Source: an uncultured bacterium
GTDB taxonomy: Bacteria > Patescibacteriota > Minisyncoccia > Moranbacterales > UBA2206
DNA: 64,000 bases
Assembly (NCBI GenBank): GCA_903831805.1
Contig: CAIKZD010000009.1
Span: forward strand, 8,786-72,785
Reading direction: 5' to 3'
The notes below the pieces were generated by a model, which saw only the letters and a program-made list of their open reading frames with translations, did not search any database and had not been told where the DNA came from. Positions 1 to 10,511 of the stretch are shown here, one piece after another (the stretch's first letter is position 1; every line of letters begins with the position of its first letter). Made by a program: the position numbers and the translations under genes.

Positions 1-816
1 CTGAATGCTTCGTGCGCTTCCAGTGTCGGTGATGATTCAATCGGAGAGTGGGTCAAAAAAGAACTGGAAAAGAATCTGGTGGATGTGACTTTGCTGTCGA
101 TCGAGGAAGGTCGGAAAAGTGATTTTTCGGCCATCATAGTGGATGAGTCTTCCGCCGAGCGAGTTATTTTTACCAATAAGAATTCCAGCGGGAAATTGGA
201 GTTGGATAATTTGAAAACGGCGGACGCCGAGTGGTTTTTCATCAGTGATATCTATGGCAAATGGGAAGACCAGATGGAGGCTATATTTGAAGTGGCGCGG
301 GAGAAAAATGTGCGCGTGGCTTTCAACCCGCGCGAAGCCGGCATTCGAGAAGATGCGCCGGAAATCATTGAAGCTATTGGGCTTTGCGAGATTGTTTTTG
401 TGAACAAGGATGAAGCGATTGAAATTGTCACGAACATGGACAATGAGGCTAATCCGGAAAATGTGACCCAAGAAAAATTTCTCTTGGAAAAACTGAAAAG
501 CTTGGAGCCTAAGATTGTCGTCTTGACGGATGGCGTCCGCGGTGCCTGGGTCAGTGACGGGGAGCATATTTTCCATGCTGAAGCGCAAAAAGTGCCGGCG
601 GTCGATTCGACCGGGGCGGGCGACTCTTTCACCAGCGCTTTTTTGGCAGCCTACATCAAAGGACAGAGCCCGAGCGAATGTTTGCAATGGGGCATCGCCA
701 ACAGCGGCAGTGAAGTGCAAAAGTATGGTGCGATCGATGGACTGCTGAGTGAAAATGAAATGCAAGTGGCGGTTAAGGAAGTGGCGGTTAAGGAAGTGGA
801 GATAAATGAAGTTTAG
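1..816 (+). CDS. PfkB-family carbohydrate kinase (5' truncated by window edge)
   Basis: Frame is open from base 1 (…SSVGDDSIG…); PfkB signature DSTGAGDSF; NKDEA motif. Confidence 0.9.
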   Translation: MNASCASSVGDDSIGEWVKKELEKNLVDVTLLSIEEGRKSDFSAIIVDESSAERVIFTNKNSSGKLELDNLKTADAEWFFISDIYGKWEDQMEAIFEVAREKNVRVAFNPREAGIREDAPEIIEAIGLCEIVFVNKDEAIEIVTNMDNEANPENVTQEKFLLEKLKSLEPKIVVLTDGVRGAWVSDGEHIFHAEAQKVPAVDSTGAGDSFTSAFLAAYIKGQSPSECLQWGIANSGSEVQKYGAIDGLLSENEMQVAVKEVAVKEVEINEV

Positions 817-839
817 TATATAGAATAAAAATATTTTTT

Positions 840-2930
840 ATGGATCTACAAAAACTTTTTAATCCGGCGTCGGTGGCGATTGTCGGGGCGTCGGAAGAAG
901 ATGGTAAGGTGGGCAACGCAATTGCCAAAAATTTGTTGCAACTAGGCTATGCCGGGGAAGTGTTTTTAGTCAATCCAAAACACAAAAAGATCTTCGGCCA
1001 AAAATGTTACGCTAGCCTTGCGGCCATTGAAAAAACGGTGGACCTGGCCATTTTGGCCATTCCGGCTAAATTTGTGAATGACGAAATTGCCAAAAATGCT
1101 GAGCGGATAAAAAATTATGTGGTCATTTCGGCCGGCTTTTCCGAAACGGACGCGGTGGGCAAGGAACGGGAAAAAGCATTGGCCGACCTGGCGAAAAATA
1201 ACCAGCTTAATATTTTAGGCCCAAATTGTTTGGGCTTTATCGTGCCAGCTTTGAAATTGAATGCTTCTTTTGCTGGCGGGCTACCCGAAGCCGGTAATGT
1301 TTCCTTTGTTTCGCAGTCCGGCGCGCTAGCCGTGGCACTGATGGACATCGCCGAAAAAGAAAAGATCGGATTTTCCAATATCATCTCAGTCGGGAACAAG
1401 ATGCAGCTGGATGAAGCGGAACTGCTGGAATATTTAGCGGAGGACGAAGAAACCAAAGTGATCGGGATGTATTTGGAGGGCATAAAAGACGGCCAAAAAT
1501 TCAAAGAAATTTCGCAAGCGGTTTCAGTGCGAAAACCGGTCATTATCTTGAAAGCCGGCAAAAGCGCTAAGACGCAAAAAGCCATCTCTTCCCACACGGG
1601 CGCTTTGGCAGGGGATGATGATGTCATTTCGGCCATCTTCCGAAAGAATGGCGTGATGCGGGCGCATGACTTGGAAGAATTTTTCAATCTGTTCGATTTG
1701 ATCAGAAACGCGGAGGCGCCCGAAGAAAAAGGCGTGGTCGTTATCACGAACGCCGGTGGCATTGGCGTGTTGACGGCGGACGCTTTCGCCGGGAAAAATA
1801 TCGAATTGGTCGATATGGCAGACGGCGTGAAAAAAGAACTGCGCCGCTTTTTGCCGGCTGAATCGTCCGTAGAAAATCCAATCGATCTGCTCGGGGACGC
1901 TCACGCCGATCGCTATAGCAAAACTTTAGAAGTTATGGCTAAGGTCAAAAATATCGGATCAATCATCTGTGTGCTGACGCCGCAAGACCAGACGCCGGTG
2001 GAAAAAATTGCCGAAGAAATTATCAAATTCAAAAAGAAAACGAAGAAAACCATTGTGACAGTCTTTTTGGGCGGATTGCGGGTGGACGCCGCGGTGGCGA
2101 AATTGAAAGCCAATGGTATTAGCAATTTCAGTTTTCCAGATCAAGCCGTGCAAGCGTTGGACGGATATTTTTCCTGGAATGAATTCAGGAAAAGAGGTGT
2201 TAAGGATCATACGCAAATTATTAATGTGAAGAGGCGGGGAAAAGTTGCGGCGCTGGTCGAAAAGACTGAACTAGAAGGACGAACCGCATTATATTTTTCC
2301 GAAAGTGCCAAAGTGATGGAAATGTACGGAGTGAAGACAGTTGATTATCGGGAAATTTTTCCAGCAGACAAGGCGAATAGCAAAAAGCGCGCCAAGTTTA
2401 ACCTGATGGGAATGAATTTTCCGGTGGTATTGAAAGTGGACAGTGACCAAGTGTTGCATAAAACGGATAAGCAAGGCTTGATTTTGGGGATCGAGAACGA
2501 AAAAGAATTGCAGCTGGCACTGGCCAGGATGAGTTTAAATTTCCCGAACGCACGGTTGGTCGTGCAACCGATGGCGGCGCGCGGGACTGAGTTGATCATT
2601 GGCGTGAAAAGAGATCCAAATTTCGGGCCGGTGGTGGTGTATGGTCTGGGCGGAATTTATACGGAAATCTTGCATCGCGTGGATTATCTGGTGCCGCCAC
2701 TTTCTATGTCCCAGATCGAAGATTCGCTGAAAAATGGCAAGTTGGGATTTTTGTTCGCCGGCGCGCGTGGCCAAAAAGCCTATGATCTGCCAGAATTGGC
2801 TCGCACGTTGCAAGGCATTATGCTGATGTCCCTAGAAATTCCGGAAATCCGCGAGTTTGATATAAACCCCTTGATTGTCTATAATAATGGAAAGCAGGCA
2901 GTGGCGGTGGATGTGAAGATCGTTATTTAA
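840..2930 (+). CDS. Acetate--CoA ligase (ADP-forming), fused alpha/beta
   Basis: CoA-binding N-terminus (PASVAIVGAS, LGPNCLG), SQSGAL, phospho-His motif SHTGALAG, C-terminal ATP-grasp (HKTD, DINPL). Confidence 0.9.
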   Translation: MDLQKLFNPASVAIVGASEEDGKVGNAIAKNLLQLGYAGEVFLVNPKHKKIFGQKCYASLAAIEKTVDLAILAIPAKFVNDEIAKNAERIKNYVVISAGFSETDAVGKEREKALADLAKNNQLNILGPNCLGFIVPALKLNASFAGGLPEAGNVSFVSQSGALAVALMDIAEKEKIGFSNIISVGNKMQLDEAELLEYLAEDEETKVIGMYLEGIKDGQKFKEISQAVSVRKPVIILKAGKSAKTQKAISSHTGALAGDDDVISAIFRKNGVMRAHDLEEFFNLFDLIRNAEAPEEKGVVVITNAGGIGVLTADAFAGKNIELVDMADGVKKELRRFLPAESSVENPIDLLGDAHADRYSKTLEVMAKVKNIGSIICVLTPQDQTPVEKIAEEIIKFKKKTKKTIVTVFLGGLRVDAAVAKLKANGISNFSFPDQAVQALDGYFSWNEFRKRGVKDHTQIINVKRRGKVAALVEKTELEGRTALYFSESAKVMEMYGVKTVDYREIFPADKANSKKRAKFNLMGMNFPVVLKVDSDQVLHKTDKQGLILGIENEKELQLALARMSLNFPNARLVVQPMAARGTELIIGVKRDPNFGPVVVYGLGGIYTEILHRVDYLVPPLSMSQIEDSLKNGKLGFLFAGARGQKAYDLPELARTLQGIMLMSLEIPEIREFDINPLIVYNNGKQAVAVDVKIVI

Positions 2931-2952
2931 TTGTATTAACCTTTTAACAAAT

Positions 2953-3522
2953 ATGGAAGAAATTAAAAATGATAAGAAGAAAAAAGTCCTGCTCGTCGAT
3001 GATGATGCGACCATCAGAACCACTTATGCGGACATTTTCCGCTCAGAAGGTTTTGAAGTGGTGGAGGCGGGGGATGGGATGGAGGGATTGGATAAGGCTA
3101 TTGCGGAAATGCCCGATGTCATCTTTACAGGCATCATTATGCCCAAGATGGACGGCTTCGATTTGAAGGATGCACTGGCTAAAAATGTCGCTACGGTCAA
3201 CATTCCGGTTTTGATGTCATCGCATATGGGGCGGGAAGAGGATCGCCAAAAGGCCATGGCCATGGGCGTGAAAGATTTTTTTGTGGTCGGCATGATCACG
3301 CCGAGGCATGTGCTGGAAAAAGTTCGTGCCTTGTTCAGTTCCAAAAAATATCACTTAAAATTTGATGCGCTCGCCTTGGACGCGCCCAAGCTGGCTGCTG
3401 ATTTTCACTTAAATGAATTTCGGTGTGAAAAATGCAATGAGCTAAAAATAATGGTGGTGGAAATTATGGATGTGAATAAAGAAGAATTTAAGACGCAGTT
3501 TGTCTGTCCGGAGTGCAAATGA
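2953..3522 (+). CDS. Atypical response-regulator receiver with C-terminal CxxC…CxxC Zn ribbon
   Basis: VLLVDDD receiver start; phosphoacceptor position reads VIFTGIIMP; CEKC…CPEC at C-terminus. Confidence 0.8.
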   Translation: MEEIKNDKKKKVLLVDDDATIRTTYADIFRSEGFEVVEAGDGMEGLDKAIAEMPDVIFTGIIMPKMDGFDLKDALAKNVATVNIPVLMSSHMGREEDRQKAMAMGVKDFFVVGMITPRHVLEKVRALFSSKKYHLKFDALALDAPKLAADFHLNEFRCEKCNELKIMVVEIMDVNKEEFKTQFVCPECK

Positions 3523-3559
3523 TCTTTGTGGGCGTAAGTCAAACAAAAAAAGAATTTCG

Positions 3560-3583
3560 CAGAGCAGGCGCGCGCCTGCTCTG
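3560..3583. repeat. 24-bp perfect palindrome (REP-like)
   Basis: cagagcaggcgcgcgcctgctctg equals its own reverse complement; intergenic. Confidence 0.7.
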
Positions 3584-3602
3584 GTAGTTTTATCTTGAAA
3601 AT

Positions 3603-5318
3603 ATGAATTGGAAAATCAAAACGGGGAATGGCCGCGTGAAAAATACTTTAGCGGAAAAATATCATCCGGTGGTGTTGCAACTTTTGGCCGATCGGGGTAT
3701 CAGCGAAGAAGAGGATATTGAAAAATATTTCGGTTTTGACTATGACGAATGTTTGGGAGACCCATTTTCGATATCCGGCATGGCAACGGCCGTGAGCCGG
3801 ATCGAAAAAGCACTGAAAGAGGGGGAGCAGGTGGCGATTTATGGAGATTATGATGCGGACGGCGTGACAGCCACGGCCGTTTTGAAAGAGACACTGACGG
3901 AAGTCGGATTTCCAGAGGTGTTGTGCTATTTTCCGGATCGTCAGACGGAAGGCTACGGCTTGAATGAAACTGCGTTGGAACAGTTGAAAAAACAAGGCGC
4001 CAAACTAATCATCACGGTGGATTGCGGGATAACCAATGTGGCGGAAGTGGAAAAAGCCAAAGCCTTAGGGCTGGAAATTATCATCACCGACCATCACCAT
4101 GCGCCGGCCAAACTGCCGGACGCCGTGGCCCTCATCAATCCGAACATTCCGGACAGCGGATTTGCTTTTAAAAATTTAGCTGGCGTGGGAGTGGCTTTCA
4201 AACTGGCCCAGGCCATCTATGAAAAATTAGCTCCGGAAAAAGTCGAGCAGCTCAAGTGGGCTTTGGACTTGGTGGCCATTGGCACCATTGCCGACTGCGT
4301 GCCACTTTTGGGCGAGAATCGAATCTTGGTGAAGTATGGGCTGATTGTCCTTTCGAAAACCCGCCGGGCGGGCCTCTTGGAAATGTTCCAGGTGGGACGC
4401 ATCGATATTTCAGAAAATAAGGTGCCTAATGCACATACGGTGGCTTTCCAGATCGCGCCACGAATCAATGCCGCCGGGCGCATCGACCATGCCAGTGCGT
4501 CATATAATGTTTTGGTCGGCAAAGATCCAGTGGAGGCGCGCATGCTGGCCTTGGAATTGGAAGACAAGAATCAAAAAAGGCAAAAAATCACCACAGAAAT
4601 TTTTCGCGAAGTGCAAATTCTGGCCAACAATTCTTTTAAGGATAGAAATTTTATTTTTGCTGAAAGTCCGCATTGGCCGATGGGCATTTTGGGGCTGGTG
4701 GCGGGAAAAATCACCGGAGAATTCGGCAAACCGTCTATGGTGTTGGCGCGCAAGCCCGGCATATTTTCCGGCTCGCTCCGCAGCGTGCCGGCCGTCAATC
4801 TGATGGAAATCATCACCCGCTGTTCCAGTCTGGTGGAAAGATTTGGGGGACATTCTCAAGCCGCCGGGGTGAGTGTTTTGCCTGAGAACTTGGAAAAATT
4901 TTGCGCTCAAATGACCGCGGAAGTGGACAAAGAACTCGCCGGCAAAGAAATTGTGGCGTCGCTGGAAATCGACTCTGAAATTTCAGCGGGCGATATCGGT
5001 TGGGAATTGGTGGACGCCCTGAAAAAGATGGAGCCGTTCGGGGAAGGCAATCGGCAGCCGGTTTTTTGCGCGAAAAATTTTGTGGTGGTGGATGTGAAAA
5101 TCGTGGGCAATGGACAAAAACATTTGAAACTGGCTTTGCGAGGGGAAGCTGGCAGCCCGAAGATTTTTGACGCCATTGGATTTTCCCTGGCGGAAAAATT
5201 TCCGGATCTTAAGAATGGTGATAAACTAGACATAGCTTTTAACTTGGAAGATGATGAATGGAACGGCAATCGAAAGATTCAGCTGAAGATAATCGATTTA
5301 AAGTTAGTGGCGGAGTAA
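3603..5318 (+). CDS. recJ: ssDNA-specific exonuclease RecJ
   Basis: YGDYDADG, ITVDCG, TDHH, PRINAAGR, GGHSQAAG motifs. Confidence 0.95.
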   Translation: MNWKIKTGNGRVKNTLAEKYHPVVLQLLADRGISEEEDIEKYFGFDYDECLGDPFSISGMATAVSRIEKALKEGEQVAIYGDYDADGVTATAVLKETLTEVGFPEVLCYFPDRQTEGYGLNETALEQLKKQGAKLIITVDCGITNVAEVEKAKALGLEIIITDHHHAPAKLPDAVALINPNIPDSGFAFKNLAGVGVAFKLAQAIYEKLAPEKVEQLKWALDLVAIGTIADCVPLLGENRILVKYGLIVLSKTRRAGLLEMFQVGRIDISENKVPNAHTVAFQIAPRINAAGRIDHASASYNVLVGKDPVEARMLALELEDKNQKRQKITTEIFREVQILANNSFKDRNFIFAESPHWPMGILGLVAGKITGEFGKPSMVLARKPGIFSGSLRSVPAVNLMEIITRCSSLVERFGGHSQAAGVSVLPENLEKFCAQMTAEVDKELAGKEIVASLEIDSEISAGDIGWELVDALKKMEPFGEGNRQPVFCAKNFVVVDVKIVGNGQKHLKLALRGEAGSPKIFDAIGFSLAEKFPDLKNGDKLDIAFNLEDDEWNGNRKIQLKIIDLKLVAE

Positions 5319-5349
5319 TCAACAATCGTTTATATTGCGCGATAAAATT

Positions 5350-8067
5350 ATGGACAAAAAAGAATATTACTCCTTTTCCCTAGAAGACATCGTGGCTGAA
5401 TTCAAAACCTCTCAACTGAAAGGCTTATCTGGCAATGAGGCCGAAGGAAGACTGGCGGAATACGGCAAAAATCAAATCGATAAAAAACAAAACTGGCGCT
5501 GGCTCAAACTGTTCGGCGGTCAGTTCAATGACGCCTTAGTCTGGATCCTGCTGGTGGCCGCCGGGCTGGCTTTTATTTTTGCCGAATATCGGGATGTGAT
5601 CATTATTTTGATCATTGTTGGATTAAATTCCATTATTGGTTTTGTCCAGGAATTCAAAACGGAAAGAATTTTGGATAGTATAAAAAAACTGACCACTGAT
5701 CAAACGCAAGTTATTCGGGACGGCAAGAAGCAAGAGGTGGATGCCAAACTGATTGTGCCGGGCGATCTCATTTTTGTGGCAGAAGGCGACCGGGTACCAG
5801 CGGATGGCTACCTCGCGGAAAGCTATGACCTGAAAGTGAATAGCTTCATCTTCACCGGAGAATCGAAGCCGGCCAATCGATCGACGAAAGTTTTGACGGG
5901 TCGCAATATTCCACTGTCAGACATAGACAATATGCTTTTCATGGGAGAAACCGTCGCTCGGGGCGAAGGAAAATTCATCATCACCGGTACCGGGATTGAT
6001 ACGCAGCTGGGGCATATTGCTCATTTGACCGGCGAGCTGCAAGATTCTTTGACGCCGATGCAAAAGCAGATGCGTCAATTGGGCAAAGATGTCGCCGTCG
6101 TGGCCGTCATGATCGGAGTCGCCGTCATGATCGGCGGTCATTTTTTAGGCATGTCTTTGTATAGTAATTTTATCTTTGCTCTGGCTTTGGCGGTGTCCAT
6201 CGTGCCAGAAGGCTTGCCGGCGGCCATTTCCGTGGCCCTCACGCTGGGCATGAAGCGGCTCTTGAAGCACAATGTTCTGGCGAAAAAATTGAACGCGGTG
6301 GAAACTCTAGGTTCGGTTTCCATAATCTGCAGCGATAAGACCGGCACAATCACTAAGAATGAATTGACAGTTACAAAGCTGGTGATCAATAACCAGATTG
6401 TAGCGGTCAGTGGCGTCGGGTATGCGGCAGAAGGTCATTTTTTAATGGAGGACAGGGTAGTCAATCCGTTTGAGATAAAAAATTTGGAATTGCTTTTCCG
6501 GATTGGTACGCTCTGCAACGACGCCAGTATAATTTTGCGTGATTCCCGGCGGATGGTGGTGGGCGATCCCACGGAAGGGGCGATTATTGTGGTTGGCGAG
6601 AAATATAATCCTAAGGAAAATTATTATACCACCGGAGAAACGAAAATCACTGAGAATCCTTTTTCTTCCGAGCGGATGAGAATGAGTGTCGTTTATAAAA
6701 ATGCCGAAACACTGTCACTGGTCAAGGGTTCGCCGGATGTTATGATTGATTTATGCGACTCAATCAAGATGGATGGTGAAATTTTGCCTTTTACGGAAGA
6801 GGCCAGAGCTAAAACCAAACAGCTGTATAATACCATGTCAGCTGAGGCGCTACGCGTGCTGGCTTTTGCTTATCGCGATTTAGCGGGAGTACCAAGCGAG
6901 CAATATGCCGCGGAGGCAGAAAAAAATTTGACTTGGGTTGGGATGATGGCCATGATTGATCCGCCGCGGCCGGATGTGGAAGAGGCCATTGCGCAATGCA
7001 AGCAGTCCGGCATTAAGGTTGTGATGATTACGGGGGATTATGAAATAACGGCTGGGGCGATTGCCAAAAAAGTCAATTTGATCGGAGAGGCTGGGAGTTA
7101 TGAAATAATCAACGGGAAAAAACTGAATGATTTGAGCGATAAGGAGATTTATCAAAAAATCAGCAAAAAAGATATTGTTTTCGCGCGCATTGCGCCTGAG
7201 CAAAAACTGCGGATTGCGACTATCCTCAAAAAGAATGATCAAATCATTGCTATGACGGGCGACGGCGTCAATGATGCGCCAGCGTTGAAGCGCGCGGACG
7301 TGGGGGTGGCGATGGGCATAATCGGGACGGATGTTTCCAAGGAAACAGCCGATATTATTTTGCTGGATGATAATTTCGCTTCCATCGTCCGTGGCATTGC
7401 CGAAGGACGGACGATTTATAGTAATCTGAAAAAGTTTGTACATTATGTTTTTACGGCTAATGCCGGCGAGCTTTTGACGGTAATTTTCGGGGTCGTTCTG
7501 CAGATCCCCACCCCGATTATCGCGGTCCAGATCCTCGCCATTGATTTGGCCACGGACGTCTTGCCGTCTTTCTCTTTGAGTTTGGAGCCGGCGGAAAAAG
7601 GGGTGAATAAAAAAATCAAAAATTCCAGCGGCGGGATTATGAGTGGGAAAAAAATCTGGCGCATAATTTACCTGGGTTTGATCATGGCTGCCGGGGCGGT
7701 GGGCGCCTTCATCTGGTCCATGCTGCGCGGGGGGTGGCATTGGGGCGGCGCAGTTGACGAAAACAGCCTGCTCTATATCCGCTCGACCACTGCGACGTAC
7801 GCCGTTCTAGCTATGACCCAAATGGCCAATCTTCTGCAGTCGCGCAGCGAGAAATTCACGCCGTCCGAGCTGGGATTTTTCAAGAATAAATTTGCCATCG
7901 GCTCAATCATTGCTTCTTTTCTGATTTTACTTATATTGATGTACGCACCATTTTTTCAAAAATATTTGCGTTTTAGCCCGATCCGCTGGCAGGATTGGCT
8001 GATGGTCGGCGCCACTACTCTAGCTGTGTATGTTTTTGAAAGCGTGCGGAAAAAAAGATGGGCGTAA
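5350..8067 (+). CDS. Cation-transporting P-type ATPase (type IIA, Ca2+-like)
   Basis: TGES, PEGLP, CSDKTGT, TGDGVNDAPAL; ATG at 5350 preferred over TTG at 5335. Confidence 0.92.
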   Translation: MDKKEYYSFSLEDIVAEFKTSQLKGLSGNEAEGRLAEYGKNQIDKKQNWRWLKLFGGQFNDALVWILLVAAGLAFIFAEYRDVIIILIIVGLNSIIGFVQEFKTERILDSIKKLTTDQTQVIRDGKKQEVDAKLIVPGDLIFVAEGDRVPADGYLAESYDLKVNSFIFTGESKPANRSTKVLTGRNIPLSDIDNMLFMGETVARGEGKFIITGTGIDTQLGHIAHLTGELQDSLTPMQKQMRQLGKDVAVVAVMIGVAVMIGGHFLGMSLYSNFIFALALAVSIVPEGLPAAISVALTLGMKRLLKHNVLAKKLNAVETLGSVSIICSDKTGTITKNELTVTKLVINNQIVAVSGVGYAAEGHFLMEDRVVNPFEIKNLELLFRIGTLCNDASIILRDSRRMVVGDPTEGAIIVVGEKYNPKENYYTTGETKITENPFSSERMRMSVVYKNAETLSLVKGSPDVMIDLCDSIKMDGEILPFTEEARAKTKQLYNTMSAEALRVLAFAYRDLAGVPSEQYAAEAEKNLTWVGMMAMIDPPRPDVEEAIAQCKQSGIKVVMITGDYEITAGAIAKKVNLIGEAGSYEIINGKKLNDLSDKEIYQKISKKDIVFARIAPEQKLRIATILKKNDQIIAMTGDGVNDAPALKRADVGVAMGIIGTDVSKETADIILLDDNFASIVRGIAEGRTIYSNLKKFVHYVFTANAGELLTVIFGVVLQIPTPIIAVQILAIDLATDVLPSFSLSLEPAEKGVNKKIKNSSGGIMSGKKIWRIIYLGLIMAAGAVGAFIWSMLRGGWHWGGAVDENSLLYIRSTTATYAVLAMTQMANLLQSRSEKFTPSELGFFKNKFAIGSIIASFLILLILMYAPFFQKYLRFSPIRWQDWLMVGATTLAVYVFESVRKKRWA

Positions 8068-8116
8068 TTTTTTAGTTGTCCGATGGCGGGCGTTATGATA
8101 AAATTAGGTTACAATA

Positions 8117-8551
8117 ATGGAAAAGAATAAAATAAAAATATATACTGACGGCGGATCGCGGGGCAACCCAGGACCGGCCGGGATCGGGGTGTGGATTTCA
8201 ACACTCGACAAGAAATATGGCGAGTGTATCGGTGAAGCGACCAATAATGTAGCGGAATATGCCGCGCTGATTTTCGGTCTCAAAAAATTGAAACAACTTT
8301 TGGGTAAAAGTGAAACAAAAAAATACGAAATCGAATGTCTTTTGGACAGTGAGCTGGTGGTCAAGCAATTGAACCATGAATATCGGTTGAAAGAAGAATA
8401 TATCCAGCAGAATTTTATCGAGATTTGGAATTTGATGTTGGAATTTAAAAATGTCACCTTTAAACATATTCCGCGCGAGGAGAATAAAATCGCTGACGCG
8501 CTGGTGAATGAGGCGCTGGATGGCGAATGTAAACAAAGAAGCTTGTTATAA
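8117..8551 (+). CDS. rnhA: Ribonuclease HI family protein
   Basis: YTDGGSRGNPGPAG, TNNVAEY, DSELVVKQ, N..AD motifs. Confidence 0.9.
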   Translation: MEKNKIKIYTDGGSRGNPGPAGIGVWISTLDKKYGECIGEATNNVAEYAALIFGLKKLKQLLGKSETKKYEIECLLDSELVVKQLNHEYRLKEEYIQQNFIEIWNLMLEFKNVTFKHIPREENKIADALVNEALDGECKQRSLL

Positions 8552-8562
8552 AATAAAAAATT

Positions 8563-9573
8563 ATGTTCAAACAGAAAAAAACGTACGTCATCCTGATTCT
8601 TCTCATAGCCCTTGTCGGGGGTGGTTATTATTTCAAGTCTAAAAAACCGGTAATTGTTTATACTGCGCAAAAAGTGGAGCAAGGAAATTTAGTGCGGACA
8701 GTGGCGGTGACGGGGGAAATCATTGCACCGGTGGAAGCGGACCTGTCTTTCAAATTGAGCGGCCAAGTTGAATCGCTGTTGGTGAATTTGGGCGATCGTG
8801 TCGAAGTGGGCCAAAAAATCGCGACGATTGATAAGGGGACACTGCTCGCGCAACTGGCGCAAGCGTTACAGGAAGTGAACGCGCAAAAACAGGCATTGGT
8901 CAATATGGAAAGGCGCGCTGATGTGTATAATCATTTTCAAAAAGAAGCGCAAATGGCGGAAATTGCCAAAGCCGAGGAGGCGGTCCGAGCTGTCCAAACT
9001 AACATTACTGAAACCACTTTGTATTCGCCCATTGCCGGCATGGTAATCAAGAAAAATGTGGAAGTGGGCGAGACGACCGTGGCCAACGCTGTGACATCCA
9101 ATACGGCAGTGGTGACCATTGCGTCGGATGGTGATTTGGAAACTGAGGTGAATGTGCCCGAATCGGATATCGTAAACGTAAAAATTGGTCAAAAGGCTAA
9201 AGTGTCGCTGGACGCGCTGTCGTCGGATGAAAAATTAGACGCGGCAGTTTTTGAAATCGAGCCGGCTTCCACGGTCATTCAGGATGTGGTGTATTATAAA
9301 GTGAAGCTTAAATTTGTGGCGCCGGATGCGCGCTTGAAAATCGGCATGAGCAGTAATGTGAACATTAATACGGCCGAGAAGGACGGCGTAGTGATGGTGC
9401 CGATGCGGGCGGTGAAGAATGAGAACGGCCAAGATTATGTGGAAATTCTCAATGCGGATGGCAAGACCACGAAAAGAGAAAATATTCAAACCGGGTTGAA
9501 AGGTGACGACGGCCTGATTGAAATAACTGCCGGCTTAAGCGGTGGCGAAAATGTGGTGGTCCTAGCGAGTTAA
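8563..9573 (+). CDS. Efflux periplasmic adaptor subunit (MacA-like)
   Basis: N-terminal TM, lipoyl-like halves, coiled coil; precedes an ABC ATPase and two permeases. Confidence 0.85.
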   Translation: MFKQKKTYVILILLIALVGGGYYFKSKKPVIVYTAQKVEQGNLVRTVAVTGEIIAPVEADLSFKLSGQVESLLVNLGDRVEVGQKIATIDKGTLLAQLAQALQEVNAQKQALVNMERRADVYNHFQKEAQMAEIAKAEEAVRAVQTNITETTLYSPIAGMVIKKNVEVGETTVANAVTSNTAVVTIASDGDLETEVNVPESDIVNVKIGQKAKVSLDALSSDEKLDAAVFEIEPASTVIQDVVYYKVKLKFVAPDARLKIGMSSNVNINTAEKDGVVMVPMRAVKNENGQDYVEILNADGKTTKRENIQTGLKGDDGLIEITAGLSGGENVVVLAS

Positions 9574-9575
9574 TC

Positions 9576-9734
9576 CTGTCATTCTGAGCGAAGCCTGTAC
9601 TCAGGCGTAGTCGAAGAATCTGCTTTGTATAACCAGTAGTTTTCCTATAAATCGTAAGTCTTGTGGTAACCACGGGCAGATCCTTCGACTGCGTTCGTCG
9701 CCTTGTCGGCGACTCACTCCGCTCAGGATGACAG
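9576..9734. repeat. ~160-bp palindromic MITE/RPE-like element, copy 1
   Basis: Terminal IR ctgtcattctgagcg…cgctcaggatgacag; homologous copy at 44198-44357. Confidence 0.85.
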
Positions 9735-9778
9735 CTTTTACTATTTACTGAAGTAACTTTTTTAGCAGGTAAAAAACT

Positions 9779-10504
9779 ATGACGCCTCTTATCCAAGTGC
9801 AAAACATGAGCAAGACTTATGCCTCAGAGGGCGTGGAAACTAAAGCGCTATCCCGGGCTGATTTTCAAGTGGAAAAAGGGGAATTTCTGTCCATTATGGG
9901 GCCGAGTGGCAGTGGAAAATCAACCTTGATGCAAATCTTAGGTTTTTTGGATCATCCGACTGGCGGCCAATATCTATTTGAAGGACGCGATATCGCCGAT
10001 TTTTCGGCGGATGAGTTAGCGAGTACTCGCAACAAGAAAATCGGTTTTGTTTTTCAGTCGTTCAATCTGTTGCCGCGCACGAGTGTTTTTGAAAATGTGG
10101 AATTGCCGCTGCTCTATGATCAACAACCGGATGGCAAGAATTATGACAAAGTGATGGCCGCTCTCCGCTCGGTCGGCATGGAGCATCGGGAAAAATATCT
10201 TTCCAACCAGCTGTCCGGCGGCGAGAAACAGCGTGTGGCCATTGCGCGCGCCTTGGTCAATGATCCGGAACTGATTTTCGCCGATGAGCCGACGGGGAAT
10301 TTGGATTCGCACTCCGGTCTCACCGTGATGAAAATTTTGCAAGGCCTTAACAATTCCGGACACACCGTGATTTTGGTGACGCACGAAACTTACACGGCCG
10401 AACATGCCAAAAGAATAATTTATATCAAAGATGGACAAATTGTGGCGGATGACCCGGTCAAAAATCGTCGCATCGCGGAGGGCGAGACGGAACTGCTCAA
10501 ATAA
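9779..10504 (+). CDS. ABC transporter ATP-binding protein (MacB/LolD-like)
   Basis: [25 protein letters not shown]. Confidence 0.92.
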   Translation: MTPLIQVQNMSKTYASEGVETKALSRADFQVEKGEFLSIMGPSGSGKSTLMQILGFLDHPTGGQYLFEGRDIADFSADELASTRNKKIGFVFQSFNLLPRTSVFENVELPLLYDQQPDGKNYDKVMAALRSVGMEHREKYLSNQLSGGEKQRVAIARALVNDPELIFADEPTGNLDSHSGLTVMKILQGLNNSGHTVILVTHETYTAEHAKRIIYIKDGQIVADDPVKNRRIAEGETELLK

Positions 10505-10511
10505 TTTTCTT

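Noticed and set aside
764-799. 15-bp tandem duplication (aagtggcggttaagg x2) at the pfkB 3' end
   Set aside because: In-frame slippage in a low-complexity tail with no further structure.
9449-9802. 117-aa minus-strand ORF (CHPERSE…)
   Set aside because: It is a translation of the palindromic repeat plus gene ends.
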